Source: Clostridiaceae bacterium (GTDB lineage: Bacteria; Bacillota; Clostridia; CAYPLH01; DUMO01). Taken from it: 34,753 nucleotides of DNA. The notes beneath the pieces are model-generated. The model was not told where the DNA came from. It saw nothing but the letters and a program-made list of their open reading frames with translations, and ran no database searches. The stretch is taken from contig DUMO01000047.1 of assembly GCA_012839865.1 (NCBI GenBank), positions 1-34,753 on the forward strand. The letters run 5' to 3'. Below are positions 19,562 to 29,377 of this stretch, in pieces. Position 1 is the stretch's first letter. Every line of letters starts with the position of its first letter. A program made the position numbers and the translations under genes.

Positions 19562-19772
19562 TCCGGTGTTGCAGTTGCCATGTTGATATTGAACAACTTC
19601 AGCAATCCGGTATTGCGGTTTTTGGTTTGGATTTTGAACAACTTTAACAATCCGGTGTCACGGTTACGGACGTGATATTTAGCAGCTTCAACAATCCGGT
19701 AATTCTGTTACCAGTGCAGACATTGAACAACACAACCGGTGTTGCGGTTATCGGTGTAGTTATTGAACAACA
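19520..19772 (+). repeat. Six degenerate ~45-bp tandem copies of the upstream gene's 3' end
   Basis: GGT-starting units at 19520, 19565, 19609, 19654, 19698 and 19738; shared AATCCGGT...GTT...ATTGAACAAC. Confidence 0.85.
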
Positions 19773-19803
19773 GGAGGTATTTATAATAGATTTGGAGACA
19801 GCA

Positions 19804-20937
19804 ATGCAGTATAATTACAAAATCTTGCTTACATTAATGGGACTTGAAATAGGAGGAGCCGAAACTCATGTGGTGGAGCTGGCGAAAGGCCTGAAGGAAC
19901 GTGGGTTTACTGTTATTGTTGCTTCAAATGGTGGTGTATATGTCAAGGAACTGGTCAATAACGGAATAAAGCATTATAAAGTTCCGCTACATAACAAAAT
20001 TCCCCACAATGTAATCAAATCCTATTCACTTCTTAAAAAAATCATTACCAGGGAAAAAATAGATTTGGTTCACGCCCACGCCCGCATACCCGCATTCATA
20101 TGCAATATTTTGCAGAAGCAGTTGGGTTTTCCCTACGTGACCACTGCCCATTGGGTGTTTACCACAAAGTGGGGGCTGAAATACCTGACTAACTGGGGTC
20201 AGAAAACCATTGCAGTAAGCGAAGATATAAAAGATTACCTGATTGTAAATTATGGTTTGCCGGAATCACGCATATACGTGACAATCAACGGCATCAATCC
20301 CAAAACCTTTTCCCCTGATATAGATTATTCCGATGTTTTTGAGGAATTTAATTTAAGCAGGGATAATATCCACATTGTGCATGTAAGCCGCCTTTCAAAG
20401 GATAAAAGCGATGTTGCCTTTCAGCTCGTAAACATAGCAGAGGAGCTTGTGTCCAGAATTCCCAACCTGGATATAGTAATTGTAGGCGACGGAAACGCTT
20501 TCCCCCGGTTGAGGATTTGTGCAGACAAGGTTAATGAAAAACTTGGCAGAAGAGTAGTTGTTTTAACCGGTGGCCGTACAGATATAAACAAGTTTATCGC
20601 CTTTTCCGACCTTTTTATCGGCATCAGCAGGGCAGCCCTGGAGGCCATGTCTGCAAGCAAGCCTGTGATCCTGACCGGCAATGAAGGCTACATTGGCATA
20701 TTTGATGACGACAAGCTGAAAATAGCGATGAATACAAACTTCACCGGCAGAGGTATGGGAATGCCAGATAAGGACATGTTGAAACAGGATATTTTCAAAG
20801 TCCTTCTGGAAATGGACGACACACAGAAAAAGGCATTGGGAGCTTATGGAAAAAGCATTATAGATAAATACTACTCAATAGACAGAATGGTTGAAGACAA
20901 CATTAAGGTATATATGGACAAGTTGAAGAACAACTAG
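19804..20937 (+). CDS. Glycosyltransferase family 4
   Basis: LMGLEIGGAETHV, VHAHARIP, HVSRLS..K and SRAALEAM motifs; GGAG RBS before ATG 19804. The extra 44 codons in the ORF track are repeat-derived. Confidence 0.9.
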   Translation: MQYNYKILLTLMGLEIGGAETHVVELAKGLKERGFTVIVASNGGVYVKELVNNGIKHYKVPLHNKIPHNVIKSYSLLKKIITREKIDLVHAHARIPAFICNILQKQLGFPYVTTAHWVFTTKWGLKYLTNWGQKTIAVSEDIKDYLIVNYGLPESRIYVTINGINPKTFSPDIDYSDVFEEFNLSRDNIHIVHVSRLSKDKSDVAFQLVNIAEELVSRIPNLDIVIVGDGNAFPRLRICADKVNEKLGRRVVVLTGGRTDINKFIAFSDLFIGISRAALEAMSASKPVILTGNEGYIGIFDDDKLKIAMNTNFTGRGMGMPDKDMLKQDIFKVLLEMDDTQKKALGAYGKSIIDKYYSIDRMVEDNIKVYMDKLKNN

Positions 20938-20947
20938 CTGAAAATGT

Positions 20948-21067
20948 GACATGGGGACAGGTCCCTTGTCCCGGCTCAGGCTCTGATATATTGGACACGG
21001 AAACAGTTTCCTTGTCCCGGTTTAAGCTCTGATATACTGGACACAGGGACAGCTTCCTTGTCCTGGC
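20948..21067 (+). repeat. Three 46-bp tandem repeats, each with a GACA...TGTC hairpin
   Basis: Units start at 20948, 20994 and 21040; consensus GACAnGGGACAG.T.CCTTGTCCCGG.T.A.GCTCTGATATA.TG. Confidence 0.85.
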
Positions 21068-21116
21068 TTTTACTCCAGTTTAGACACTGACTAACTCAAA
21101 CACAAGGTGATTACAC

Positions 21117-21854
21117 ATGAGAAAAACTTCCGACATACTCGGCATCCCGATAGACTGCGTAAATATGCAGGAAGCATTGGAACGCATCAAACTTTTCCTT
21201 TCAGAAGACAAAGCTCATTCGGTATACACTCCAAATTCAGAAATTATGATGGAAGCACAAAGAGACCCCTACTTAAAGGATATCTTATGCAGTGCGGACC
21301 TTTTGATTGCCGACGGGGCCGGAGTGGTGATGGCCTCAAGGATGCTGGGGTGCGACCTTCCTGAAAGGGTCACGGGAGTTGACCTTGCAAATAATATTCT
21401 TTCCCTTGATATAGGCAGGCCAATCCGTTTATACCTTTTTGGGGGTAAGCCCGGAGTAGCCGAGAAAGCCCGGGATAACATTCTGGCAAGGTATGGAAAT
21501 GTGGAAATATGCGGCTGCCGCAACGGTTATTTTTCTCCTGAAGAGGTACCCGGAATTATAAGCGAAATAAACTCAACCCACAGTGACGTGCTGCTTGTGG
21601 CATTAGGCCGGAAAAAACAGGAAAGCTTCATACATGAGAATAAAAATGACCTCAATGCAAAGGTATGTATCGGTTGCGGAGGTACCATCGACATATTTGC
21701 CGGGACAGCAGAACTTGCTCCCGATTTTTTCAGGAATCACAGCCTGGAGTGGCTGTTCCGTCTTTATAAGGAGCCCTGGAGATATAAAAGAATGCTGGAC
21801 CTTCCAAGGTTTATGTTCACCGTCTTTAAGCAAAAGTTGCGGAAGAAGGCATGA
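21117..21854 (+). CDS. WecB/TagA/CpsF-family glycosyltransferase (GT26)
   Basis: TPNSEI, ADGAGVV, ERVTGVDL, RNGYF, APDFF....LEWLFRLYKEPWR motifs. Confidence 0.95.
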   Translation: MRKTSDILGIPIDCVNMQEALERIKLFLSEDKAHSVYTPNSEIMMEAQRDPYLKDILCSADLLIADGAGVVMASRMLGCDLPERVTGVDLANNILSLDIGRPIRLYLFGGKPGVAEKARDNILARYGNVEICGCRNGYFSPEEVPGIISEINSTHSDVLLVALGRKKQESFIHENKNDLNAKVCIGCGGTIDIFAGTAELAPDFFRNHSLEWLFRLYKEPWRYKRMLDLPRFMFTVFKQKLRKKA

Positions 21855-21938
21855 GTCGCTTTTACAGACTCTGAAGCCTTTTTATGAACAACAGGCTATA
21901 ATACGGCAGTACAGCACCGGTAGGAAAACAATCGATTT

Positions 21939-21975
21939 AAAAAAAGCTCCGAAGCGTCGAACTCCGGAACTTTTG
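21939..21975. terminator. Possible bidirectional terminator between the converging arms
   Basis: AAAAGCTCCG...CGGAACTTTT imperfect stem with A- and T-tracts. Confidence 0.35.
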
Positions 21976-22169
21976 ACTTAATTTTCTTTGTAAATATCCC
22001 GCTCAATTAATTCCGTGAACTTGTTTACACTCAGACAGCAAGGGCATTATAAATTCCAGGGCATTAAAACTGCGTTTTTGCATACCTCGCAGTAATAGCT
22101 GTAATATAGTTTATAAAATTGCTGCCCAAACCTTTTGGAATCAGCCAGGTAGTAATTGCACCCAGTTTG

Positions 22170-23078
22170 TTATTTTATAGTATATTCTCCTTTTACCATA
22201 ACCCACGCAGTATCGGATGTAACCACAAGCCCCCTGCCGTCGTCCCTTGGCGACATGAGCAGATGGTTGAGCGGGACATTTTCCCCTCCCATTACATCCT
22301 TGCCCGTGCCTGATGTCAAGTCAACCAATCCTCCCAAACCGGCATTGCTTCCCACTGCTACCGCAGAACCACCACGAAGAAGCATTTCGGCGCTTGCTCC
22401 TATAACAAGGTGTTGTCCTGATTTTAGTTCAAGTATTTCAAATTTCGTATTCGTGGGCTCGGTCGTGCCAATCTTGTCTAATTTGCTGTCAATGTCCGAA
22501 AGAGCGGTCTTTAGCTCATCAATGTCGGTTTTCAGCTTATCAGCCGTTACCTGAATGTCCGATATCCTTTTGTTCTGGGTAAGTAACGTGCTGACAAAAG
22601 AGCTGTCAGCGTTTTCAAGAGAAACAACCCTTGCGTTGATTTTGCTTAATTCCACCAATAAATCACTGGATGTACCTTCTGATAATTTATCAGATAGTTC
22701 ATTTAATTTGTTGGATAATTCATTAATTTTTTGATTCATTAAAAGAATCTGAGCAGTGATTTCACCAAGGCTTGCTTCATCCGGTGCGCTTCCGGGGTTG
22801 GTACCTCCGGAGGATGTCTCCCCGGATTGCTCCCCAGTTGACCCAGTGCCGTTTGATTCATGAGGTGATGAAATGTGGGAATCAATCTTTTGGGATAAGC
22901 TGCTGATTAACGCATACAGCTCATTAAACTTGCCGTCAACATAGTCTTTTGAAACAAGCGGGTTTTCAAAGGAACCCGGATCACCGACGGCCTGCACTAT
23001 TTGCATTAAGAAAATTGTGCTTAAAAAAACCAATGAAATAATAATATGTTTCAATCTTATGTATTTAGTGACTCTCAT
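22170..23078 (-). CDS. Secreted hypothetical protein with a G/S/T linker and central coiled coil
   Basis: Basic-hydrophobic N-terminus, PGS..NPLVSKDYVD motif, heptad-rich middle, C-terminal NHLL..PRDDGRG domain. Confidence 0.8.
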   Translation of the reverse strand: MRVTKYIRLKHIIISLVFLSTIFLMQIVQAVGDPGSFENPLVSKDYVDGKFNELYALISSLSQKIDSHISSPHESNGTGSTGEQSGETSSGGTNPGSAPDEASLGEITAQILLMNQKINELSNKLNELSDKLSEGTSSDLLVELSKINARVVSLENADSSFVSTLLTQNKRISDIQVTADKLKTDIDELKTALSDIDSKLDKIGTTEPTNTKFEILELKSGQHLVIGASAEMLLRGGSAVAVGSNAGLGGLVDLTSGTGKDVMGGENVPLNHLLMSPRDDGRGLVVTSDTAWVMVKGEYTIK

Positions 23079-23104
23079 CTTTAGTACTCCCCTTATTTTG
23101 TTAC

Positions 23105-23455
23105 TTATAACTCAACAAGGCCAAAACTCACAACCAGCGCTTCATTAACCTTTTCCATCAATTCGTCGTCCAAATGCCCTATTTTCTCTCTCAGTCTTTT
23201 TTTGTCTATTGTTCTGATTTGCTCCAGAAGTATTACCGAGTCTTTGGCCAATCCATATTCTTTAGCTCCGATTTCTATGTGCGTGGGCAACTTTGCTTTA
23301 TTAATTTGTGAAGTAATAGCCGCCGCTATTACAGTCGGGCTGTACTTATTGCCTATATCGTTCTGAACAATAAGAACAGGCCTTATGCCTCCCTGTTCCG
23401 ATCCAATGACTGGACTTAAGTCGGCATAATATATATCTCCTCTCTTAATTACCAA
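23105..23455 (-). CDS. ndoA: MazF/PemK-family endoribonuclease toxin (EndoA type)
   Basis: [51 protein letters not shown]. Confidence 0.96.
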   Translation of the reverse strand: MVIKRGDIYYADLSPVIGSEQGGIRPVLIVQNDIGNKYSPTVIAAAITSQINKAKLPTHIEIGAKEYGLAKDSVILLEQIRTIDKKRLREKIGHLDDELMEKVNEALVVSFGLVEL

Positions 23456-23457
23456 TT

Positions 23458-23733
23458 CTACTCCAACTCCCCAAGTCGCTTTTCATAATTTATAAGCTGG
23501 TCGCAATCTGCACGGAAACATATTTCTGCAAATTCAGTATTTACACTCGCCATTTCAGTATAACCTCTCATCATCCAATTACGGATCTCTATCTTCTTCC
23601 TCTCTCTGATATACAATTTCATAGCTTCCCGAACAAATTCACTCCTACTGGTCTTCTCCAGGGAAACCATATAGTCAACTTCCTTGAGCAAATTATCAGG
23701 CAGGCTTATCAAAATCTTCTTAAACTGAGCCAA
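23458..23733 (-). CDS. ndoAI: Ribbon-helix-helix antitoxin (NdoAI/CopG type)
   Basis: [23 protein letters not shown] and [10 protein letters not shown] motifs; directly upstream of the toxin. Confidence 0.9.
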   Translation of the reverse strand: MAQFKKILISLPDNLLKEVDYMVSLEKTSRSEFVREAMKLYIRERKKIEIRNWMMRGYTEMASVNTEFAEICFRADCDQLINYEKRLGELE

Positions 23734-23839
23734 TTTAACCCCCCCACTTCACGATCCGTCAATGGACCAGAAAAGAAGCTTAAAAATGATAAAACAGCTA
23801 AAACAGATTAATCAATATATTAGAATCTTTGTATATATC

Positions 23840-23868
23840 ATTATATCTTCAATATATGCATGGGTCAA
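23840..23868 (-). promoter_or_regulatory. Sigma-A promoter for the toxin-antitoxin pair
   Basis: Minus strand TTGACC-17 bp-TATAAT. Confidence 0.7.
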
Positions 23869-24129
23869 TTTAAACTTGTATCTAAAATGGCCATATTCAG
23901 CATGCAATAATTTACATTTGATGAGGATCCGCAAGAATTCAGGTGTGCAGAAGCCGCATGCCCATAGACCACGCTTCGAAAAGAATTCACAGGTTTACAA
24001 ACTAAAGTGTGCTAAATCATCACGCCCCTGACCACTTTCTGAATCAGTTTGCCAGGCTTACAATAATCGCACTATGCAGGTTTTCGCACTGAACGGCGAA
24101 AATTTCAGGAACGGTGTTCAACAGTTTAA

Positions 24130-25302
24130 TTACTCCAACAGATAATTCAGTACATTTAATACTCTGCCATTTTTTATGTAAACCCTTGGAATCCTTTTCC
24201 CAATTATGCATATGACCTCATAATTAATTGTTCCCATCAAAGATGCTACTTCTTCAACAGTTATTTTGTTGCTCCCCTGTGTTCCAAACACCACCACCTC
24301 ATCTCCGACTTTAACCTCAGACTTCAGTTCGGTAACATCAATCATGCATTGATCCATGCATATCGTACCTACTACAGGTGCAAATTCACCATTTACCAAA
24401 ACTCTTGCCTTGTTGCTTAAGACCCTTGAAAACCCGTCGGCATATCCGATAGGCAAAGTGGCAATCCTGCTCTCCCTTTGGGTCTTAAAAGTCCTGCCAT
24501 AACTGATGCAGGTGTCTTTCTCAACATTTTTAACAAGTATAACATTGGCCTTGAGGGTCATGGCCGGCTTCAAATCCAGCTTCGTTTGGTCTGTCTCACC
24601 GGAAGGGTACAGTCCATAGAGCAAAATACCCGGCCTTACCATGTCAAGGTGCATATACGGGTATTTGATAGTCGCCGCACTGTTTGCCGCATGCTTCACA
24701 GGAATGTGCACGCCAATCCTGCTTAACTCATTTATTATGCTTAAAAATCTGTCAAACTGCATTACAGTGTAACTTTCGTCTTCTTCATCGGCTGATGAAA
24801 AGTGCGTAAACAACCCTTCAACAACTATTCCTGGCAGTTTGCTGATGGCAACTACATTTTCCACCGCACTGTACCCGGGCATGAAACCAACTCTGGACAT
24901 GCCGGTATCAACTTTTATATGAATTCTTACTTCCCTCTGCATTTTAACCGCTGCCTGTGAAAGGGCTTGTGCAAGGTCAAAGCTGAAAACAGTCTGGGTA
25001 ACATTGTATTCCAGTATCTCCTCCGCTCTTTTCGGGTCGGTATAGCTCAATATCAAAATCGGAACCTTTATACCGTCCTTCCTCAACTGGATTGCCTCAT
25101 CAAGCATCGATACCGCCAGCCTGCTTACGCCGTTTTGTATCAGCGTTCTGACAACTTCAAAAACACCGTGGCCGTATGCATCCGCCTTTACAGCAGCCAT
25201 AATCTCGGCCTTGCTGTCTGTAATTCTCCTTATCTCCCTCACATTATGGGCTATGTTATCAAGATTGATTTCAGCCCATGCTCTGTTTAGCTTGTATTCC
25301 AT
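24130..25302 (-). CDS. alr: Alanine racemase
   Basis: AVKADAYGHG (PLP lysine), HIKVDTGMSRVG, ANSAA, ISYG and IGYADG motifs; start taken at MEYKLNRAWAEI. Confidence 0.97.
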   Translation of the reverse strand: MEYKLNRAWAEINLDNIAHNVREIRRITDSKAEIMAAVKADAYGHGVFEVVRTLIQNGVSRLAVSMLDEAIQLRKDGIKVPILILSYTDPKRAEEILEYNVTQTVFSFDLAQALSQAAVKMQREVRIHIKVDTGMSRVGFMPGYSAVENVVAISKLPGIVVEGLFTHFSSADEEDESYTVMQFDRFLSIINELSRIGVHIPVKHAANSAATIKYPYMHLDMVRPGILLYGLYPSGETDQTKLDLKPAMTLKANVILVKNVEKDTCISYGRTFKTQRESRIATLPIGYADGFSRVLSNKARVLVNGEFAPVVGTICMDQCMIDVTELKSEVKVGDEVVVFGTQGSNKITVEEVASLMGTINYEVICIIGKRIPRVYIKNGRVLNVLNYLLE

Positions 25303-25603
25303 AGTACCCCCGGTTTTCATTTGCATTCATCTATATTTATATATACGAGTTTGCTGTCAGGCTTGCCACAGTTGACAGCTTATTTATTTGTCTATATTTA
25401 TCTACACTTATATAGTATTACCCGAATATGCTGCCCGTAACCTAACATATATTTGCAAATATTCTTTCCTTTTGACGCTTTGTACCTTCCGGAAAGCACC
25501 GTTTCCACCCATGCAGGAAATTGAGCCAACCCTCTTTCCGCTCTCCCCCGTGGGGGTGGGGCATGAACACTGCAAGGCCAAAGCAATGCAATCATTTTAA
25601 TCC

Positions 25604-27175
25604 TTATTTCGGGCAACGAACAATCTCAAGCATTGCATTGGGGATATGTTCCACAATATCTCCGGCGATTAATCCATGCTGCCCTTTTATTTTAGCACCT
25701 ATATCCCCCGCCAGTCCATGTAGATATACGCCTGCAACAGCTGCATCCCCCACACTCAGTCCCTGTCCGATGAGTGAAGCAATCATGCCTGCGAGCACGT
25801 CCCCGGAGCCTCCTGTGGCCATGCCGGGATTTCCGGAACTGTTGATAAAGATGCTGCCATCCGGCCATGCAACTACCGTTGCAGCACCCTTCAGAACCAG
25901 ATGGACATTCCATTTTGCGGAAAACTCCCGTGCCACATTAATTCTGTCCAACTCAATTTCTTTAATGCTGAGCCCCGTCAAACGGGACATTTCGCCCGGG
26001 TGAGGGGTCAAAACCGCACCAGCTTTTAACTTTTCCAAAACTGAAATATCCATTGAAATTGCATTTAAAGCATCTGCATCCAGCACCAAAGGTTTGGTGC
26101 AGGTGCTTATTATATGACTGACAATTTGAGGTACATCTCCTTTTGTAGACAGTCCCGGACCGGCAGCAACTACATCGGCTTGTCCGAGATACTTGTCAAT
26201 TTCAGCTTCGCTGTCCCTGCCAGGATAACCCTGTTCCTTTTCCCTCAACGGGACAGATACCGCCTCCTGTACATTTGCCCCATATACATGCGCAAGTGAT
26301 TCCGGGACTCCAAGGTAAACAAGACCGGAACCTGTCCGCAGGGCGGCCTTCGCGGCAAGGCATCCTGCTCCTGTCATCCCCTTTGAACCCGTTACTAAAA
26401 ACACTTTCCCGTAATCACCTTTATTTGTGTTGGGTAACCGCTTCGGCAGTTTTCCCGCAACATAGCCTCCGGTAATGAGCCGTGTTTTGATATTAAAACT
26501 CTCAATTACTTTTTTGGGGAAGCCAATATCGGCAACAACCATCTCTCCTGCATGTTGCCTTCCCGGGTAAATTGCCAGGCCAAGCTTTATCATTCCGAAT
26601 GTAACGGTCTTGCGGGCATTTATACATACACCGCCAACTGCCCCTGTTTCGCCGCTGACTCCGGATGGTATGTCAATTGAGACTACAGGTTTCCCTGAAT
26701 TGTTTATTGCCTTTATAATTTCCTTCGCCCAGCCCGCAACCTCGCCCCGAAAGCCTGTCCCGAAGATGCCATCCACTACAAGGGAGGTTGTTTTGAGAGA
26801 TTCGTAAAGCCTCAGGTATCCTTCCTCATTATTTGCCTCCGCAACATGTATGTCCATACCTTCCAGTATTTTCAGGTTTGTTTTTGCATCACCCTTTATT
26901 TCTCCAGCGGAAGCGCAAAGGAAAACCGTTACCTTGCCCCCCATGTTAAAAAGATGCCTGGCTACCGCCAAAGCATCTCCTCCGTTATTTCCTTTGCCTG
27001 CAACTACTAAAAACTGTTTTTCTTCAACCGGTCCAAAATCCTTTTGTATCTCATTGACCACCTTAATAGCTGCATTTTCCATCAGAACAATTCCTGGGAT
27101 TCCGACTTCCTCTATAGTGGTTTTATCAATGGCACTCATCTGCGCCGGTGTAACGATAAGCATCCGATTTTCCAC
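25604..27175 (-). CDS. nnr: Bifunctional NAD(P)HX epimerase/dehydratase (YjeF)
   Basis: GKGNNGGDA, DIPSG, TNKGDYG, LTPHPGEM and NPGMATGGSGDVLAG motifs; GTG start with GGAGG RBS. Confidence 0.95.
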   Translation of the reverse strand: MENRMLIVTPAQMSAIDKTTIEEVGIPGIVLMENAAIKVVNEIQKDFGPVEEKQFLVVAGKGNNGGDALAVARHLFNMGGKVTVFLCASAGEIKGDAKTNLKILEGMDIHVAEANNEEGYLRLYESLKTTSLVVDGIFGTGFRGEVAGWAKEIIKAINNSGKPVVSIDIPSGVSGETGAVGGVCINARKTVTFGMIKLGLAIYPGRQHAGEMVVADIGFPKKVIESFNIKTRLITGGYVAGKLPKRLPNTNKGDYGKVFLVTGSKGMTGAGCLAAKAALRTGSGLVYLGVPESLAHVYGANVQEAVSVPLREKEQGYPGRDSEAEIDKYLGQADVVAAGPGLSTKGDVPQIVSHIISTCTKPLVLDADALNAISMDISVLEKLKAGAVLTPHPGEMSRLTGLSIKEIELDRINVAREFSAKWNVHLVLKGAATVVAWPDGSIFINSSGNPGMATGGSGDVLAGMIASLIGQGLSVGDAAVAGVYLHGLAGDIGAKIKGQHGLIAGDIVEHIPNAMLEIVRCPK

Positions 27176-27185
27176 CTTGCCTCCC

Positions 27186-27815
27186 TTAAATGGCGTTTGG
27201 CAAATATATTTGATCTAGCTTCTCCAGTTCCTCATGACCTAAAAGATCATGAAAATATGAATATACTGACTCTAAATTGTCTGTCAACTGTTCCTTTTCA
27301 CTTATATATCCCTTAAGCTCTTCCCGTGTTTTTTCTATCAAGGCATCAAGCTCATTAATACGGGAACTTTCCCTTTTTATATTCTGATAAACTTCATTTG
27401 CTGTAAGCTCAAGGAGCTTTAGATTAATTTTTTTAATTCTTGCAGGAATTTCATCGAGCTCCTTTTCAATGATTTTTATCCTTTCATTAATCCGTATTAT
27501 CCCGTTTTGATACGACTGCATGTCATCTTTAGCCTTGTCATTATTGTAGTCAAAGGCTGCGGTAGTCAACTCAATAATCCTGTTCATGTACTCTTTCTTG
27601 CTTGCGATTATTTCAGTAAGTTCATTATTAAGACTTCCCTGCTTCTTTAAAAGTTCCTTCAAGGTATTCTCACAGCGGGTCAGCTCGCTGCTTTTTTCAA
27701 TATTCTGAAACAGATCATGCCATCTTTTATCCAGAATGACAATAGATATATCGTTTTTCTTTAAAGTGCTGAGGTCTATATTAGTCTTTCTGAACTTCTT
27801 CATTAAATTGAACAT
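27186..27815 (-). CDS. Hypothetical coiled-coil protein
   Basis: 209 aa, nearly all helical with heptads; overlaps the upstream gene by 35 bp. Confidence 0.75.
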   Translation of the reverse strand: MFNLMKKFRKTNIDLSTLKKNDISIVILDKRWHDLFQNIEKSSELTRCENTLKELLKKQGSLNNELTEIIASKKEYMNRIIELTTAAFDYNNDKAKDDMQSYQNGIIRINERIKIIEKELDEIPARIKKINLKLLELTANEVYQNIKRESSRINELDALIEKTREELKGYISEKEQLTDNLESVYSYFHDLLGHEELEKLDQIYLPNAI

Positions 27816-29268
27816 CAGTTGACACCTTCTTTTTATTTATATCCAGCCCGCTTAGTATAATGCCCACCAGTACCCAATAATACAACAAAACTCTGGGGTA
27901 GAACCATACATACTCCGCAAGGCTAAACACGAGTATTCCTGTTAAAGCTGAAATCGCAGCAATCAACAGGTTGCTAATATATATATCGGTGTTTTTCGCA
28001 ATATTCAGCACTGAGTTTTTAAACAACCTGATATTCAGCCACAGGAAGGATATAAGACCTATAATTCCCGTTTCAAGCCATACCTCAAGGTATACATTGT
28101 GGCTGTGGGGCAGCGGAAGACCTATTTTATACTTATACGAATAATGAATAAATGGAGTAACTCCAACTCCTACGCCTGAAAGCCAAAAATCTCTAATTAT
28201 TTTAAGGGCGGTTTCAAAAACGATTTTTCTGGCACCAACGGTAGTATCCCAACCTTTTCTGAAAATGCTCAGCACCCGCTCATAGAGAAATCGAGGCAAG
28301 AATGGAATCACTGCCAAACCTGCCGGAATAACAATAAGAATCAGTTTTCTGTTCTTAAAAAACAAAAATACCACAACAGCAACAGCCAATGATACATAAC
28401 CTGTACGGGACTGGGTCAGCATAAAAGCTATAAATGGCGGTACTGCCATGATTGCATAAAAAATTTTCCCTTTGAGGTTTTTGCTGCAAAAAAACATGCC
28501 CGCAAAAAACGGCAAAGTCAGCATTAATGCTTCTGCGTAACTGTTTGCATTATGCATGGTGGAATAGACTCTCCCCACCGGGTTTTCAAAAACTGAAAGG
28601 TCAACCTGGCTTGGGTCTACCGGTATACCGTTTATATATTGAATAATTCCATAAATCCCGCTAATAGATACTCCAACTAAAAATATAGTTAAAAATGTCC
28701 CCAATTTTTCTTTGGAGTTGATGTTGCTGACAATCAGAACTACAAAAATATAGCAGGGCAGGTGGTATTTTATAAACTCAAGGGTGCTTGCTGCCGCAAA
28801 TGTTGAAGCAACCGCTGCAAGCAACGTAATCAAACCATATATAAGGAACGTTGGATCAATAGCACGTATATTAAATCCTTCATCTTTGAATATGGCAGAT
28901 TTGATTATATGTAAAAACAAAAGGGCAATTGACGCTATAACCGTAAATCCGTTTGACCATTGTAAATGGGGTATGACTGCTGCAATTGCCAGGAATAATG
29001 CCATCAGTATGTAAAGATTGTCCGAAGCAAATTTTATCAATTTGAAAAAAAGACTGCTTTCAAAAATCTCAGGTGTCTTGTCAAAAATATTCCGAATAAT
29101 TTTTCCCGGGAAATTCAAGACAGTATCCAATGCATTTGCTGTATTGCTGTTTTCCCACTGGACGGTCATAACCCCCGGCCTTTTTATAAATTTCCATGCT
29201 CTGTTCTCAAAGACACTGCTTTTTATTTTATCCGATGCCTTTGCAAACCAGTTTGCTTTTTTATCCAC
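27781..29268 (-). CDS. O-antigen ligase/polymerase family protein
   Basis: RVYSTMHNANSYAE, LTQSRTGY, SGVGVG and HSHNVYLEVWLETGIIG motifs; GTG start. Confidence 0.9.
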   Translation of the reverse strand: MDKKANWFAKASDKIKSSVFENRAWKFIKRPGVMTVQWENSNTANALDTVLNFPGKIIRNIFDKTPEIFESSLFFKLIKFASDNLYILMALFLAIAAVIPHLQWSNGFTVIASIALLFLHIIKSAIFKDEGFNIRAIDPTFLIYGLITLLAAVASTFAAASTLEFIKYHLPCYIFVVLIVSNINSKEKLGTFLTIFLVGVSISGIYGIIQYINGIPVDPSQVDLSVFENPVGRVYSTMHNANSYAEALMLTLPFFAGMFFCSKNLKGKIFYAIMAVPPFIAFMLTQSRTGYVSLAVAVVVFLFFKNRKLILIVIPAGLAVIPFLPRFLYERVLSIFRKGWDTTVGARKIVFETALKIIRDFWLSGVGVGVTPFIHYSYKYKIGLPLPHSHNVYLEVWLETGIIGLISFLWLNIRLFKNSVLNIAKNTDIYISNLLIAAISALTGILVFSLAEYVWFYPRVLLYYWVLVGIILSGLDINKKKVSTDVQFNEEVQKD

Positions 29269-29377
29269 CAGTCCCTCGACTCCTTTTCCCCTTTACGACA
29301 ATTTTCGATAAGTTTTTTTATCCATTCTTAACCGCAACAGTTATTGCAGATTTCTCTCCATATCTAAGGCTATGATA

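Noticed and set aside
19520..19772. Reading the 45-bp, 46-bp or 52-bp arrays as CRISPR or TIGR arrays
   Set aside because: There are no identical repeats with unique spacers and no cas, Nop-domain or reverse transcriptase gene nearby; the 45-bp unit derives from coding sequence.
23762..24031. 89-aa plus-strand ORF between ndoAI and alr
   Set aside because: It is antisense to the region, lies over the toxin-antitoxin promoter and has no RBS or motif.
25413..25442. Sigma-F-like promoter upstream of alr (GGTAATACTA)
   Set aside because: The -10 fits, but the -35 (GGTTA) is poor and AT-rich chance matches are common.
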